Origin: Octopus sinensis
Lineage: Eukaryota
Length of the DNA: 64,000 nt
Assembly (NCBI RefSeq): GCF_006345805.1
Contig: NC_043010.1
Span: forward strand, 8,866,001-8,930,000
Direction of reading: 5' to 3'
Shown here: one piece after another, positions 36,272-50,289 of the stretch
Layout of the letters: each line of letters starts with the position of its first letter
Position numbering within the stretch: position 1 is the stretch's first letter
The notes under the pieces: generated by a model
Seen by the model: only the letters and a program-made list of their open reading frames with translations
Told to the model about the DNA's origin: nothing
Database searches by the model: none
Translations under genes and position numbers: made by a program

Positions 36272-36681
36272 TTTTACTCTTTTACTCTTTTACTTGTTTC
36301 AGTCATTTGACTGCGGCCATGCTGGAGCACCGCCTTTTAAATCGAGCAACTCGACCCCGAGACTTATTCTTTTTGTAAGCCCAGTACTTATTCTATCGGT
36401 CTCTTTTTGCCGAACCGCTAAGTAACGGGGACATAAACACACCAGCATCGGTTGTCAAGCAAAGCTAGGGGGACAAACACAGACACACACATGCATATAT
36501 ATATATATACATATATACGACGGGCTTCTTTCAGTTTCCGTCTACCAAATCCACTCACAAAGCTTTGGTCGGCCCGAGGCTATAGTAGAAGACACTTGCC
36601 CAAGGTGCCACGCAGTGGGACTGAACCCAGAACCATGTGGTTGATAAACAAGCTACTTACCACACAGCCACTCCTGCGCCT
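36272..36681 (-). mobile_element. SINE family B
   Basis: Homology to family B. Confidence 0.9.
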
Positions 36682-36693
36682 GCATATAGTTTT

Positions 36694-36927
36694 GAAGGGT
36701 GGCGAGCTGGCAGAAACGTCAGCACGCCGGGCGAAATGCGCAGCCGTATTTTGTCTGTCGTTACGTTCTGAGTTCAAATTCCGCCGAGGTCGACTTTGCC
36801 TTTCATCCTTTCGGGGTCGATAAATAAAGTACCAGTTACGCACTGGGGTCGATATAATCGACTTAATCCCTTTGTCTGTCCTTGTTTGTCCCCTCTATGT
36901 TTAGCCCCTTGTGGGTAGTAAAGAAAT
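36694..36927 (+). mobile_element. SINE family A
   Basis: Homology to 9127-9360; probable TSD ATATAGTT.TGAAG on both sides. Confidence 0.9.
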
Positions 36928-37007
36928 ATATAGTTATGAAGAAATCAAAATGAAGAAGAGAGTGGAAGAAAGCAAGAGGTAGTAATACATATATTCATTC
37001 ATTGATC

Positions 37008-37394
37008 TCTTTTACTCTTTTTACTCTTTTTATCTGTTTCAGTCATTTGGCTGCGGCCATGCTGGAGCACCGCCTATAATCGAGCAAATCGACCCCAGGA
37101 CTTATTCTTTGTAAGCCCAGTACTTATTCTATCGGTCTCTTTTGCTAAGTTATGGCGACATAAACACACCAGCATCAGTTGTCAAGCGATGTTGGGGGGA
37201 CAAACACACACACACAAACACACACACATATACATATATACGATGGGCTTCTTTCAGTTTCTGCCTTCCAAATCCACTCAGAAGGCTTTGGTTGGCCTGA
37301 GGCTATAGTAGAAGACACCTGCCCAAGGTGCCACACAGTGGGACTGAACCCAGAACCATGTGGTTGGTAATCAAGCTACTTACCACACAGCCAC
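37008..37394 (-). mobile_element. SINE family B
   Basis: Homology to family B. Confidence 0.88.
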
Positions 37395-37792
37395 TAAAGG
37401 GTTTCCGTTACTACTTGTCTCCTAAAATGCAGAATTAGTGGGTAGTTTGGTGTTGATTACTTTTGTCAATAATCAACACCGCTTTGTGCTTTTTCCATGT
37501 GATGCACAGAATATAAACCCGTCTGCATGTGCGCATAGATACATAAAGGTCCACTGAATAGCTTCCATCAATCAAATTTACTCTCAAGACATCAGTAAGC
37601 TTAGGGCTGTTGTAGAAATTACCTGCCCATGGCACTGTACCCAGGACTGAACCCCAAAACCACTTGGTTGAGAAGCAAGCTTTTCCTTGCCATACAACCG
37701 CACCTTCACCTTTGTGTGTGTGTGTGTGCATGTATATGCACACATCTGTTACCCTTTCATTAGTGCATCTGAATATTATAGTTATGCACAAA

Positions 37793-38140
37793 CCATCATC
37801 ATCATCGTTTAACGTCTGCTTTCCATGCTAGCATGGGTTGGAAGATTTGACTGAGGACTGGCGAACCAGATGGTTGCACCAGGCTCCAATCTTGATCTGG
37901 CAGAGTTTCTACAGCTGGATGCCCTTCCTGATGCCAACCACTCTGAGAGTGTATTGGGTGCTTTTACGTGCCACTGGCATGAAGGCCAGTCAGGCGGTAC
38001 TAGCAACGGCCTCATTCAAATGGTGTCTTTTATGTGCCACCTGCACTGGCAACGACCTCACTCGAATGTTTTTCACGTACCACTGGCACAAGTACCAGTA
38101 AGGCGACGCTGGTAACGATCACGCACGAATGGTGCTTTTT
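37793..38140 (-). mobile_element. Family D repeat
   Basis: Homology to 8615-9050. Confidence 0.85.
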
Positions 38141-38500
38141 AGAATGACATTGTTGGTGTAAGAAGCTGAATCTGGCCAGTTTGAATATAAAACAAGTAGA
38201 CTATTTGGGCTGGATACGAATGGTTTAAATACTAACGGGGGTTAAGCAGACTACAGCTTGGTCTGTTACAATGGAAACAGATACCAGTGTGTCTGGGGCT
38301 TCCAATTGGCTAAAATTACCCAAAATTTGCAAAAGTTTAAAAGCTATTTACTTTTTATTTATTAATTTGTGGCAAGAATGAATTTCAGTTTCATAATTAG
38401 CATACAAAAAACTGCATCAGAAAAAACCAAATGTGAAGAAAAACTGGAACAAAATTAAGAAAATAGGACACTGTAACAGCAACAGAAGAGATTCCAAAAG

Positions 38501-38546
38501 GGTGGTGGTGGTGGTGGTAGTGGTAGTAGTAGTAGTAGTGGTGGTG

Positions 38547-38591
<45 letters not shown>

Positions 38592-38660
38592 CTGGTGGTG
38601 GTGGTGGTGGTAGTAGTAGTAGTGGTAGTAGTAGTGGTGGTGGTGGTAGTAGTAGTAGTA

Positions 38661-38755
<95 letters not shown>

Positions 38756-38789
38756 GGTGGTGGTGGTGGTGGTGGTAGTAGTAGTAGTA
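38501..38789. repeat. (GTA)/(GTG) microsatellite
   Basis: Seen directly. Confidence 0.95.
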
Positions 38790-39410
38790 TGGGTCTTACA
38801 CTGTGACAATGCATCACTGCTTCACCATTTGTTGGTGATTCCCTACTCTTAGCAGATGGGAGGAATTCAGGTTTAACCCCTCATAACTTTTATATTTTTG
38901 GGGAATTTTCAGAAATCTTTATGGGAATCAGTGTTCTACAACACTGGAATTCACATGATTATAAATCCTGAAAGTTCCACTCTTTTTCAAACTTTTTTAT
39001 TTTCGTTTTTAATCAGAGTTCAGAATATGGATGATATAATAAAGTTTTTTTTGCTTAAATCCTTGCAATGATCACCTTGGGTGCATCATCATTCCATTAA
39101 ATGTGTTTATGAGAAGAAAAATATTGAAAAACATCAATACATGTTGGAATAACAAAGAAACGAGGAAGGTATCAGGTGGTCGTGAGGTGTGCTAAAATAA
39201 TAGCTAAATCGTCATTAGATCACTCAGGAAATTTTTCTTTCCTTTTTTTTTTTTTATAATTGTATGAATTATGTGTAGAAACCGAATTCGCTAAAATTTT
39301 GTGCAAATTCCAGAATAAAACATGGTTATGAGGGGTCCTATGGGGTACTTCAACCAGAATTCCACTGGCAGGCGACACCCTTGCACCACTCAGACGACAA
39401 CCCTCCAGCG

Positions 39411-39620
39411 CTGTGCTTTTCAAACTTTTTGCTGAAGCAGAACCCCAAGGAAACATTCCACTGGCTCGAGGAACCCCTGTGCAATAATTTAATTTTCTTA
39501 TACACACATATCTGCACAGGGGAATTATAAATTACTGTCGATTTAATAACTTCTTGCGGAACCCCTGGCCTGTACTGGCGGAACCCTAAGGTTCCTCAGA
39601 ACCCTGGTTGAAAACCACTG
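39411..39620. mobile_element. hAT (Charlie-like) MITE
   Basis: Ends CTGTGCTTTTCAA / TTGAAAACCACTG; 8-bp TSD CTCCAGCG at 39403-39410 and 39621-39628; subterminal GGAACCC repeats. Confidence 0.88.
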
Positions 39621-41637
39621 CTCCAGCGTATGGGCCTGTCTAGGTAGTCGTTACTGGTAAGGGGAAAATCCTAACTGAACCTCTTTTAGTTGCCTTTTAC
39701 GACACACAGAAGAAGCGTTGGATCTATTCTTTGAAAATGTTAAATTTTTCGCACTTCACTCTTGACTATTAACACTCCTGTCTAAAAGGAGAAGACTGTA
39801 TGCTACAGACACCTCGTATTTCTATCTGTCCCATTCGGAAAGACATCCAGTACTCATAAAGATGAGAGTAAATTTGTATACATCCATTCAAGGGTTTTCA
39901 AAGGTAACTTCATTCAAAACACAACACAACGCAACACACACACACACATACACTCTTTCTCTCTCTCTCTCTTTCACACACACACTCTCTCTCTTCCTTT
40001 CTCTCTCTATCTCTCTCTCTCTCTTTCACACACACACCACTCTCTGTCTTTCGTTCTCTCTCTTTCTCTTTCACACACACACTCTCTCTCTCTCTTTCAC
40101 ACACACACACACACACTCTCTCTCTCTCTTTCACACACACACACTCTCTCTCTCTCTCTTCACCACACACACACACCACACTCTCTCTCTCTCTTTCACA
40201 CACACACACACACACATTCTCTCTCTCTCTCTCTTTCACACACACACAAGCGCGCACACACACACCCTCTTTCTCTCTCTGTCTCTCTCGCAATGCTCTT
40301 AGAAAGAAACCTTATCTTCTTACGCATAAAGACAGACATGCATCGAACCCCAAAAAGACACACGCGCAAAGTCCACAAATACCAATGCCCATTTCCTTAC
40401 ACCCACACACACCTACGCCTACGTGCTTCTATACACATCCACACAACACAAATACACACAAATAATTCCATAAACATCCGTAAACATTTAAACAAAGTTC
40501 TTAAAGTTCTAAGGTAAAAGGTCTAAGGGAAATAACTCATGTCGTTTTTGGCTGACAATGGAGCTGCGCGTCTTTTAAACCAGACGACAGTCGTTTTATC
40601 GTCTGCTTGCTTCAGTCATTAAAATGTGGCCATGCCGAGGCATTGTACTGAAGGGATTAGGACAAACAAATCGACCTCAGTGCTTATCTTTGAAAATCTG
40701 GTAGTTATTTTATCATCTTGTTTTGCTGAACTGCTAAGTTACGGTGGTGGGGGTGTAATCAAATCAACGCCAGTCGTCAAGCAATTGGTGACAGGGACAA
40801 ACACAGACACAGGGGTACACATAAATACATACACATGATAATGCACACACACACACAACACACGCATATATATTATATATATACTTATTATATATAATTT
40901 ATATATTATATATATTTATATATATATATATTATTTATATTATATTTATATATATATTTATTTATATATATATTTATAAATATATATCTATATATATATT
41001 TATATATATATTTATATTTAATATATTTTTTATATTATATATATATATATATTTATATATACATATTTATATACATATTATATATACACATATATATATA
41101 CACATATATATATACACATATATATATACACATATATATATACACATATATATATACACACCACATATATATATATAATATTATCTATATATATTATATA
41201 TATATATATATATAATTATATAACTATGTATGTATGTGTGTGTATATATATATACACACCATACATTTTATATATATATATAATTGATATATATATAAAG
41301 CAGAATAAAATAATAAAACACAAACATTTTTCACCTAAAATATTTTTCTGCATCTTAATTTCCAAAGTATATAACACAGATATACTAAACAATAACATAA
41401 AAAAACAAGAATGTTTTTGCTCCCCGTGAGTGTTGGGATACCTAATTTGAAATTCTGTTCATATTTTTCAGTTTGATCCTCATTTTATGCTGCTGAAAAT
41501 GCCTTTGGTAGTCTAATTTTGCAGTAAGACCTAACACATACAAAGACTAAACGTATGAAGAAGACACTATTTTCTGTCATATACTTAATGTATGTGTATT
41601 GTTAAATGCTTTTAGGTTGCAATATTTCCACCAGACA

Positions 41638-42280
41638 AAGGTGGCGAGCTGGCAGAAACGTTAGCACAGCGGGCAAAATGCTTAGTGGCATTTCGTCTGC
41701 CACTACGTTCTGAGTTCAAATTCCGCCAAGGTCAACTTAGCCTTTCATCCTTTTGGGGTCGATTAAATAAGTACCAGTATAATCGACTTTATCCGTTTGT
41801 CTGTCCTTGCTTGTCCTCTCTGTGTGTAGCCCCTTGTGAGCAGTAAAGAAATAGATATTTTGTCTGTTTTTACATTTTGAGTTACGTTTTGAGTTTACGT
41901 TTTGAGTTCAAATTCCAACGAGGTCAACTTTGCCTTTCATCCTTTTGGAGTTGATAAATTAAGTAACAATTGCGTACTGGGGTCGATCTAATCGACTGGT
42001 CCCCTCCCCAAAAATTTCGGGCCTTGTGCCTAGAGTAGAAGAGAATATTTCATCCAGAGAAAGAAAGATGGTAAGCTGGCGGAATCATTAGCATGCCAGG
42101 TGAAATGCTTAGTGGTAGTTTGTCTGTCTTGAAGTTCTGAGTTCAAATTCTGTCGAGGTTGACTTTGCCTTTCATCCTTTCGGGGTCAATAAATTAAGTA
42201 CCAGTTGCGTACTGGGGTTGACCTAATCAACTAACTCCCATCCCAGAAATTTCGGGCCTTGTGCATAGAACAGAAAAGAA
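41638..42280 (+). mobile_element. Cluster of three family A SINEs
   Basis: Three GAGTTCAAATTC..TTTCATCCTTT blocks. Confidence 0.85.
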
Positions 42281-42391
42281 ACAAATATTTCTTCCAGAGA
42301 AGGTCCCGTTAAATACATACTATGAAACAAATAATAATAACGACAGGTATTGATATTTTGCTGTTATTTCAGCACATTAGTGGTGTAAACG

Positions 42392-42715
42392 TGAAGGTGC
42401 GTGGCATAGTGGTTAGGGGCATTTGGCTCATGATCGTAAAGTCGGGAGTTCAATTCCCGGCGGTGCCTTGTGTCCTTGAGCAAGACACTTTATTTTCACA
42501 TTGCTCCAGTCCACTCAGCTGGCAAAAAAATAGTAGTACCTGTATTTCAAAGGGCCAGCCTTGTCACACTCTGTGTCATGCTGAATCTCCCCGAGAACTA
42601 CATTAAGGGTACACATGTTTGTGGAGTGCTCAGCCACTTGCACGTTAATTTCACGAGCAAGCTGTTCCGTTGATTGGATCAGCTGGGACCCTCGTCATCG
42701 CAACCGACGGTGTGC
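42392..42715 (+). mobile_element. SINE with alternative tRNA-like/CORE-like head and tail X
   Basis: Head GGTGCGTGGCATAGTGGTTAGG..GAGTTCAATTCCC..TGTGTCCTTGAGCAAGACACTT; tail the same type as 28160-28340. Confidence 0.8.
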
Positions 42716-42897
42716 GCCTGTAAGATGTAAACTTGGTTCACCTTTGAGATGAATTCAAACTGCTGGCCCGAAGTATATACAGATTGCATAAAATCTCCCG
42801 ATGTGCAACTGCACTATACATGTAAAACAAAATTCAAATTTTGAATTAGAAGTAGACTCATAATGTAAACATTATAAAAGTTACATACATAATGTAT

Positions 42898-43058
42898 GGC
42901 GCAGGAGTGGCTGTGTGGTAAGTAGCTTGCTAACTAACCACATGGTTCCGGGTTCAGTCCTACTGTGGCATCTTGGGCAGGTGTCTTCTGCCTTAGCCCC
43001 GGGCCGACCAATGCCTTGTGAGTGGATTTGGTAGATGGAAACTGAAAGAAGCCTGTCG

Positions 43059-43103
<45 letters not shown>

Positions 43104-43322
43104 ATATTTGTGTGTCTGTGTTTGTCCCCCCCTAGCATTGCTTGACAACCGATGCTGGTGTGTTTACGTCCCCGTCACTTAGCGGTTCGGCAAAGGAGAC
43201 CAATAGAATAAGTACTGGGCTTACAAAGAATAAGTCCAGGGTCGATTTGCTCGACTAAAGGCGGTGCTCCAGCATGGCCGCAGTCAAATGACTGAAACAA
43301 GTAAAAGAGTAAAAGAGTAAAA
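42898..43322 (+). mobile_element. SINE family B
   Basis: Homology to family B. Confidence 0.9.
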
Positions 43323-43634
43323 CAGAATGTATGTGTGCTGTTAAACGCTTTTAGAATTGTTACTACAACGGACAAAATGCTAAGCAGCATTTCTTTCCGT
43401 TCTTTACATTCTAAGTTCAAATGTTGCCAGGGTAGATTTTGCTTTTCGTTATTTTGGGGTCAAGGAAATAAGTACCAGTTGAGTACTGGGGTTGATGATG
43501 TAATTGACTAAAACCCTCCCCCAAAATTTCAGGCTTTATGCCTGAAAAGATTATCGTCGTCGTTGTCGTCGGCGTCGGCGTCGGTGTCGTCGTCGGCGTC
43601 GGCTTTGTCGTCGTCGTCGTCGTCGTCATCATCG

Positions 43635-43677
<43 letters not shown>

Positions 43678-43700
43678 TATCATTATTATCATTATTATTA

Positions 43701-43747
<47 letters not shown>

Positions 43748-43915
43748 GGAGGCAGTGAGCTGGGAGAATCGTTTGCACACCAGGCAAATGCTTAGCAATA
43801 TTCCATCTGTCTTCACGCACTGAGTTCAAATTTCGCCAAGTTCAGCTTTGCCTTTCATCCTTTTGGGGTTGATAAATTAAGTACCAGTGAAACACTGGTG
43901 TTGATATAATCGACT

Positions 43916-44085
43916 AGGCGTAGGAGTGGCTGTGTGGTAAGTAGCTTGTTTACGAACCACATGGTTCCGGGTTCAGTCCCACTGCATGGCACCTTGGGCA
44001 AGTGTCTTCTACTATAGCCTCAGGTCAACCAAAGCCTTGTGAGTGGATTTGGTAGATGGAAACTGAAAGAAGCTCGTCGTATATG

Positions 44086-44140
<55 letters not shown>

Positions 44141-44365
44141 CGTGTATGTTTGTGTGTCTGTGTTTGTCCCCCTAGCATTGCTTGACAACCGATGCTGGTG
44201 TATTTATGTCCCTGTCACTTAGCGGTTCAGCAACAGAGAACGATAGAATAAGTACTGGGCTTACAAAGAATAAGTCCTGGGGTCGAGTTGCTCGATTAAA
44301 AAAAAAGGCGGTGCTCCAGCATGGCCACTGTCAAATGACTGAAACCAGTAAAAGAGTAAAAGAGA
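43916..44365 (+). mobile_element. SINE family B nested in a family A-like SINE (43748-44412)
   Basis: Family B homology; the host resumes at AGTCTCCTCTCCACAAATTTCAGGCC. Confidence 0.85.
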
Positions 44366-44690
44366 GTAGTCTCCTCTCCACAAATTTCAGGCCTTGTGGC
44401 CTTAGTAGAAAGGATTCTTATTATAATAGTTAAGGCGGTGAGCTGGCAGAATAATTGGTATGAAGGGAGAAAAGCTTAGCAGCATTTCGTTTGTTTTCAC
44501 CTTCTGAGTTCAAGTGCTGCCAGGGTTCACTTTTGCCTTTTACTCTTTCAGGGTTGATAAAATAAGTACCAGTTGATTCCTGGGGGTCGATTTAATCAAT
44601 TTTGTCCCCTCCCCAAAAATTTCAGGCCTTGACCCTATAGTAGAAAGGATTATCCTTATTGTTGTTGTTGTTGTTGGTAGTAGTAGTAAC

Positions 44691-44734
<44 letters not shown>

Positions 44735-45074
44735 TAGTTCTGTTCTCAACAACCCTTCTCACAACTGTATCTGGCCTAGATCACTTCTGTAAGCTGTAGC
44801 CACACAGCCATATCTTTCTACTCCGCTCCAACAAAGATTTTATATTTTATAGCCTTGTGGCAAATGTTAGAAATCAATATGTAAACATGTTTAATATTAA
44901 ACATGGAAAACAAAAAAAAAAAACAAAAAACAAAAAAAAAACAGATAGGTTTATTGGAAACATAAACAATCTTGAAGTTATTCAACAGAAACGGTAGATC
45001 AAATTTAAAACGGGTCTCTGTCATTCTTTCATCAGTTTTAGTGATTGAACTAGGACCATGTTAGGGCACCATAT

Positions 45075-45122
<48 letters not shown>

Positions 45123-45234
45123 ATACCTACCTACCTATCATTCTATCTATCTATCTATCTATCTATATCTATCTATCTATCTATCTATTATCTATCTATT
45201 TATCTATCTATCTATATCTATCTATATCTATCTA

Positions 45235-45275
<41 letters not shown>

Positions 45276-45284
45276 CTCGATCTG

Positions 45285-45324
<40 letters not shown>

Positions 45325-45591
45325 ATCTATCTATCTATCTATCTATCTGTCTTCTGTCTATATCTCTTGTTCTCTTTCTATAATATTCATATGCATATCA
45401 ATCATACGCTATCCAAAATGGAGGTGAACACAATTCCTCCCTGTGAGCAGCTTGAAAAATTGTTAAGATATTAAGATGTTTTTCTCAACATGAAACCCAT
45501 GGTAGACTTAATACACAAATAAAGGAATTTTATCCACCAATGCAGTGTTGAGCACTCATTATTGTTGTTCGGCATTTACATATTTACATAT

Positions 45592-45647
<56 letters not shown>

Positions 45648-45795
45648 ATATGCTCACACACGTATATATGTATGTATACACACACATATACATTATATAA
45701 ACATATATGCATGCATCTAAGGCAGATACATCTATCTTTCTATCTATAATTTATATATATCTATAAAATAATATGTTACAATTACTCAATAGTCA

Positions 45796-45858
45796 AGATA
45801 AAACTCTGAGTTTCAGATGCCGAAGTGGAAATCCACAACTCCATCTCTTCGGTTATCT
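45796..45858 (-). ncRNA. Type I hammerhead-like motif (U4C core)
   Basis: Minus strand AGATAA-CCGAAGA-GATG..(GTGGA/TCCAC)..CATC-T-GAAA-CTCAGAG-TT-TTATCT; 6-bp stem I, 3-bp stem III. Confidence 0.65.
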
Positions 45859-46318
45859 GGCCATCTGAAAAACGCTATGAAAAAACACCGTTATATAAAG
45901 GGAAATTACTGCGTTATAATTCTGCTACTTATATAAATTAAGATTAAAAGTTCATAGTAAACACATAAACATGGTTAGTTATACGCTCACATGTGCACTC
46001 GCGGACCCACGTGCATACTTATACGTCACTATGTAAACATACACATCTTCACTCGCATTATATATATATATAGGCAGAAGAGTGGCTATGTGGTAAGGAC
46101 CTTTCTTCCCAACCACATGGTTCAGAGTTCAGTCCTATGGCATATCACCTTGGGCAAGTCCCTTCTAATGTTGCCTTGGGTTGACCAAAGCCTTGTAAGT
46201 GGATTTGGTGGACAGAAACTAAAAGAGGTTATTTAAGAAAGAAAGGATTATTTGTATTTGCATTTTGCCAAGTATTTCACTTCCAGTCGCTATAATATAA
46301 TATATTAATTTATTTTAA

Positions 46319-46538
46319 TATTTCTTTACTGCCCACAAGGGGCTAAACATAGAGGGGACAAACAAGTGACAAAGTCGATTACATCGACCGCAGTGCAAAA
46401 CTGGTACTTTATTTATCGCCCCGAAAGGATGAAAGGCAAAGTCGACCACGGCGGAATTTGAACTCAGAAAGTAATGACAGACAAAATACCGCTAAGCATT
46501 TCGCCCGGCATGCTAACGTTTCTGCCAGCTCGCCGCCT
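46319..46538 (-). mobile_element. SINE family A
   Basis: Homology to family A. Confidence 0.88.
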
Positions 46539-47275
46539 CATATTTTAAAGTTCCCCTCTCCTAATTACTTTATATTTCTCTCTTTCTCTCGGCCCCTTCA
46601 ACAAACTTTTTAATCATGTAATTCCCATCTTTATGTCTTTAACATTTCTCTCTTTCTCTTCCCCTCTCACTTCCGCTAAGTCTCTCTCTCTCTCTCTCTC
46701 TCTTAACATAACTGCATCCCCTGCTCATCTCTCTTTATCGGCTTTTCTTTAACCTCACCACCAGAACATTACCCTCTGCTAGATATTGTACCCTAAACAT
46801 ATCTCTTTCTCTTTACCTTTCCCTCCCCAACCAACAGGATGTCATTAATGCTACTCTCTCCCTTTTTCTCTCACTGTTTTTTTCTTTCACTCTTTACTTC
46901 TCTCTCCAACTAACCACATGATGCATTTGGTCTTATACCTTTCTCTACTTCGTCTTCACTCCTTTCTTCTCTACTCATACTCCTCACCACTCCCCCTCTC
47001 TTTCTTACACACACTTTTACTCCACTTCTCACTCACTCCTCCTCCACCTCTCTAACTAACTAAAGTATAAAGGAAGAAAGAAAAAGCAGAGAGTGTGCAT
47101 GTGTATATATATATATATATATAATATATATATATTATTTATATATAATATTATTATATATATGTATAAAATTAATCAAACAAGAAAGCACAAAAAAACA
47201 CAACAACGCGAGGACGTGGAACAAATATAGTATTATTGGATGCTCAGGAAAGAAGGAAAGAAGGAAAGAAGGAGG

Positions 47276-47310
47276 GTTTAATGTTTCGAGCGGAGCTCTT
47301 CGTCGGAAAC
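47276..47310 (-). ncRNA. Minimal hammerhead-like motif (U4C core) in (TA)n-adjacent mini-element 47165-47390
   Basis: Minus strand GTTT-CCGACGA-A-GAGC(TCC)GCTC-GAAA-CA-TT-AAAC. Confidence 0.65.
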
Positions 47311-47587
47311 ATAGGAGAAGGAAAGATCCAGAGAGGGAAGACAGAGGAAAAAAAAATCGCCAACGGTACACACGAGGTCACATTTTGAAGTACATACATA
47401 TTTATACACACAGATACACATGTAAAAATCATCACTAATCGGTAGTACAAGAGAAATGAATAAAGTTGAAAAATGCACAAAACATATAAAGATTTATTTT
47501 AATTGTTATATATACATATATATATAGAGATAGAGAGATAGATACACACATATGTACAACACAAACACACATATGCACACACACATG

Positions 47588-47633
<46 letters not shown>

Positions 47634-49420
47634 CTTAACTGGTTTTACATTTGATTTACAAAAGTGTGTGAAGCTGTCTCAAATGGTATCATTTCTGGTT
47701 GTTGTTTCTCATATGTTATGTGCCACTGGCATGGTAACCTTCATGAGCGCCTCCATGAGGCCCAGTGCTTGAACGGTGCTTATCATGTGCCACCTGGATG
47801 GGTGCCAGTCACACAGCACTGACACTGAAGATGGCACAGGCATTTGTGAGTGTGTGTGGGGGAGAGAGAGAGAGTGTGTGTCTGTGTGGGAGAGAGAGAG
47901 AGAGAGTGTGTGTGTGTGTGGGAGAGAGAGTGTGTGTATGTGAGAGAGAGAGAGAGAGAGAGAGAGTGTGTGTGTATGTGTGTGTGTATGTGTGTGTGTG
48001 GGAGAGAGAGAGAGTGTGTATGTGTGGGAGAGAGAGAGAGTGTGTGTGTGGGAGAGAGAGAGAAAGTTAGAGAGAGAGAGAGAGAGTGTATGTGTGGGAG
48101 AGAGAGAGAGAGTGTGTATGTGTGGGAGAGAGAGAGAGAGAGTGTGTGTGTGTGTGTGTGATGGACCTCCACAGTACAGATACCAGAATGTCATGATTTC
48201 AGAATGAGGCAATAATAGAGGACCCTTGTCTAAGGTGCTATGCAAAGGATTTGAGCCATGGAACCATGTCATTGCAGAGTGAATTTATTAACTACACACC
48301 ACTGACTGCACCACCCTATAGCCTGTACCACAGTTGGAATAACTCTGGATGTGCACATGTGTGATATGGCTATTGCATATGTTCAGATATGTGTTTGAGT
48401 GTGTGTGAATAAGCATATAAATAGATAAGATGTCTATGCATGTGTATATGTATACACACACTCACATACCTAAATTTGTATGTATAAAGATGTTTGGGCA
48501 TACGTGTGTGTATGTCATTGTGCATGCGTACCACAATACAGAAACCACAATCTTATACAATACAAGTCGTGTGAATAACCATGTTTGACCTTCATCCGAC
48601 ATAACCCAAGTTAGCTTTTTAAAATCATCTTTTAAGCGAGATAAAAGCTAACTTGAGATATATGTTATCCTTAGCACCACCCAAAATACTTCTTTATTGC
48701 AAAATCAATTCCTAAATTCAATTCTTCAAATACAAGCTTACAAGATCAAGTCTCCATTCATATATTCTATGTGTGTTGGAACCAATACATCAATAAAATT
48801 CACGATAACAAGAAATGTCATTCCGTAGAAAGCTGTAGAAATTCTTTGAAAATTCAGAATTCTTTTTTTCTTCAATTTTTCCACACATTATCACTTTTTC
48901 ACAATTATACAGATATTGTATGCGTTAATCTCAACCAAAATTATTTTCTGTGTGACTCCATCAGATCCAGTCAATGAGTACATAAGAAACCTAACTGCCT
49001 GAAGACGGGGAAGAAAAACTCTGAATAGTGACTCATGAGAAGACAGCATCGAATAACTAAAACACACACATACACACACATGAACACACACGTATATACA
49101 TAATATATAAATGTGTGTGTGTGTGTGTATAGTAATAATATTAATCCAAGGGTGGAATTTATAAATATATTAACGTATTACCATGCATATTTCCACAAAT
49201 CTCATATTTTTCATGATCATAATCCACATTCCTGTTGCAATTTGGAATGATCAGGCTACAGTTGACATTATAACTAAAGCTTTTATATGCATTCTCAAAA
49301 GTGTTTCCCATACACAAACTTGAAGGATGTATATAATATGCATATCATATATACCTATACATAAATGTATATATGTATATATATATATATATATATTACA
49401 TATTACATACATACATACAT

Positions 49421-49461
<41 letters not shown>

Positions 49462-49512
49462 ATCACTACACCATTTTTTATTTATTTTCTCTCCTTATTT
49501 CTTTCTGTGTTC

Positions 49513-49548
49513 CTTTCTGTGGAAGAGCATAGGCTCGAAACATTAAAG
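49513..49548 (+). ncRNA. Minimal hammerhead-like motif (A6U core) in (TA)n-flanked mini-element 49460-49645
   Basis: CTTT-CTGTGGA-A-GAGC(ATAG)GCTC-GAAA-CA-TT-AAAG. Confidence 0.65.
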
Positions 49549-49692
49549 ACTTTTCCACTTCCCCAGCATTAAACTAATACATCTGTTTATTATGTATACC
49601 ACCTGTCTTTGTCTTTTGTTTTTTTTTTGTGAATTCTCCCCCTAAATATATATATATATATATACGTATGTATGTATGCATGTATGTGTGTG

Positions 49693-49737
<45 letters not shown>

Positions 49738-49883
49738 CACATATGTGAAAACATGTGTTTACACATACATATATATGTACACACATACAGTCACGCAAGT
49801 GCATGCATGCACACACACACACACGAGTGGACAAACAGAAGAAAGAGCCACTCAATGAATTTGCTGGGAATTACATGTATTTT

Positions 49884-50007
49884 TAATAACAGTTTAACTC
49901 AGCTCCATATGACTTAAAAGAGACATTTCCTGATATGTGACAAGGTGGACATATCTTATGTGTCAATGAAACTTTAATTCATATGCTGCTCAGTCAAACT
50001 ATTACTA
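49884..50007 (-). repeat. Imperfect long hairpin
   Basis: TAATAACAGTTTAACTCAGCTCCATATGACTTAAA vs TTTAATTCATATGCTGCTCAGTCAAACTATTACTA; inner GATATGT/ACATATC. Confidence 0.75.
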
Positions 50008-50130
50008 TATATGTGCATATGTGTGTGTGTGTGTGCATGTAAACACACACAACACGTGTTGTGTGTATATATATATATATGTATATAATATAGATATATA
50101 TGTATATTATATATATATGTGTTATATATA

Positions 50131-50183
<53 letters not shown>

Positions 50184-50289
50184 GTGTATAATATATAATA
50201 TGTATATAATATAGATGTATATATTATATATATATATTATATGTAACACATGTCCTTGATGTAACACATGTCCTTGTGGAAGCTGTTGT

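Noticed and set aside
48608-48656. 13-bp inverted repeat CAAGTTAGCTTTT/AAAAGCTAACTTG
   Set aside because: Short and isolated, with no TSD or other support for function.
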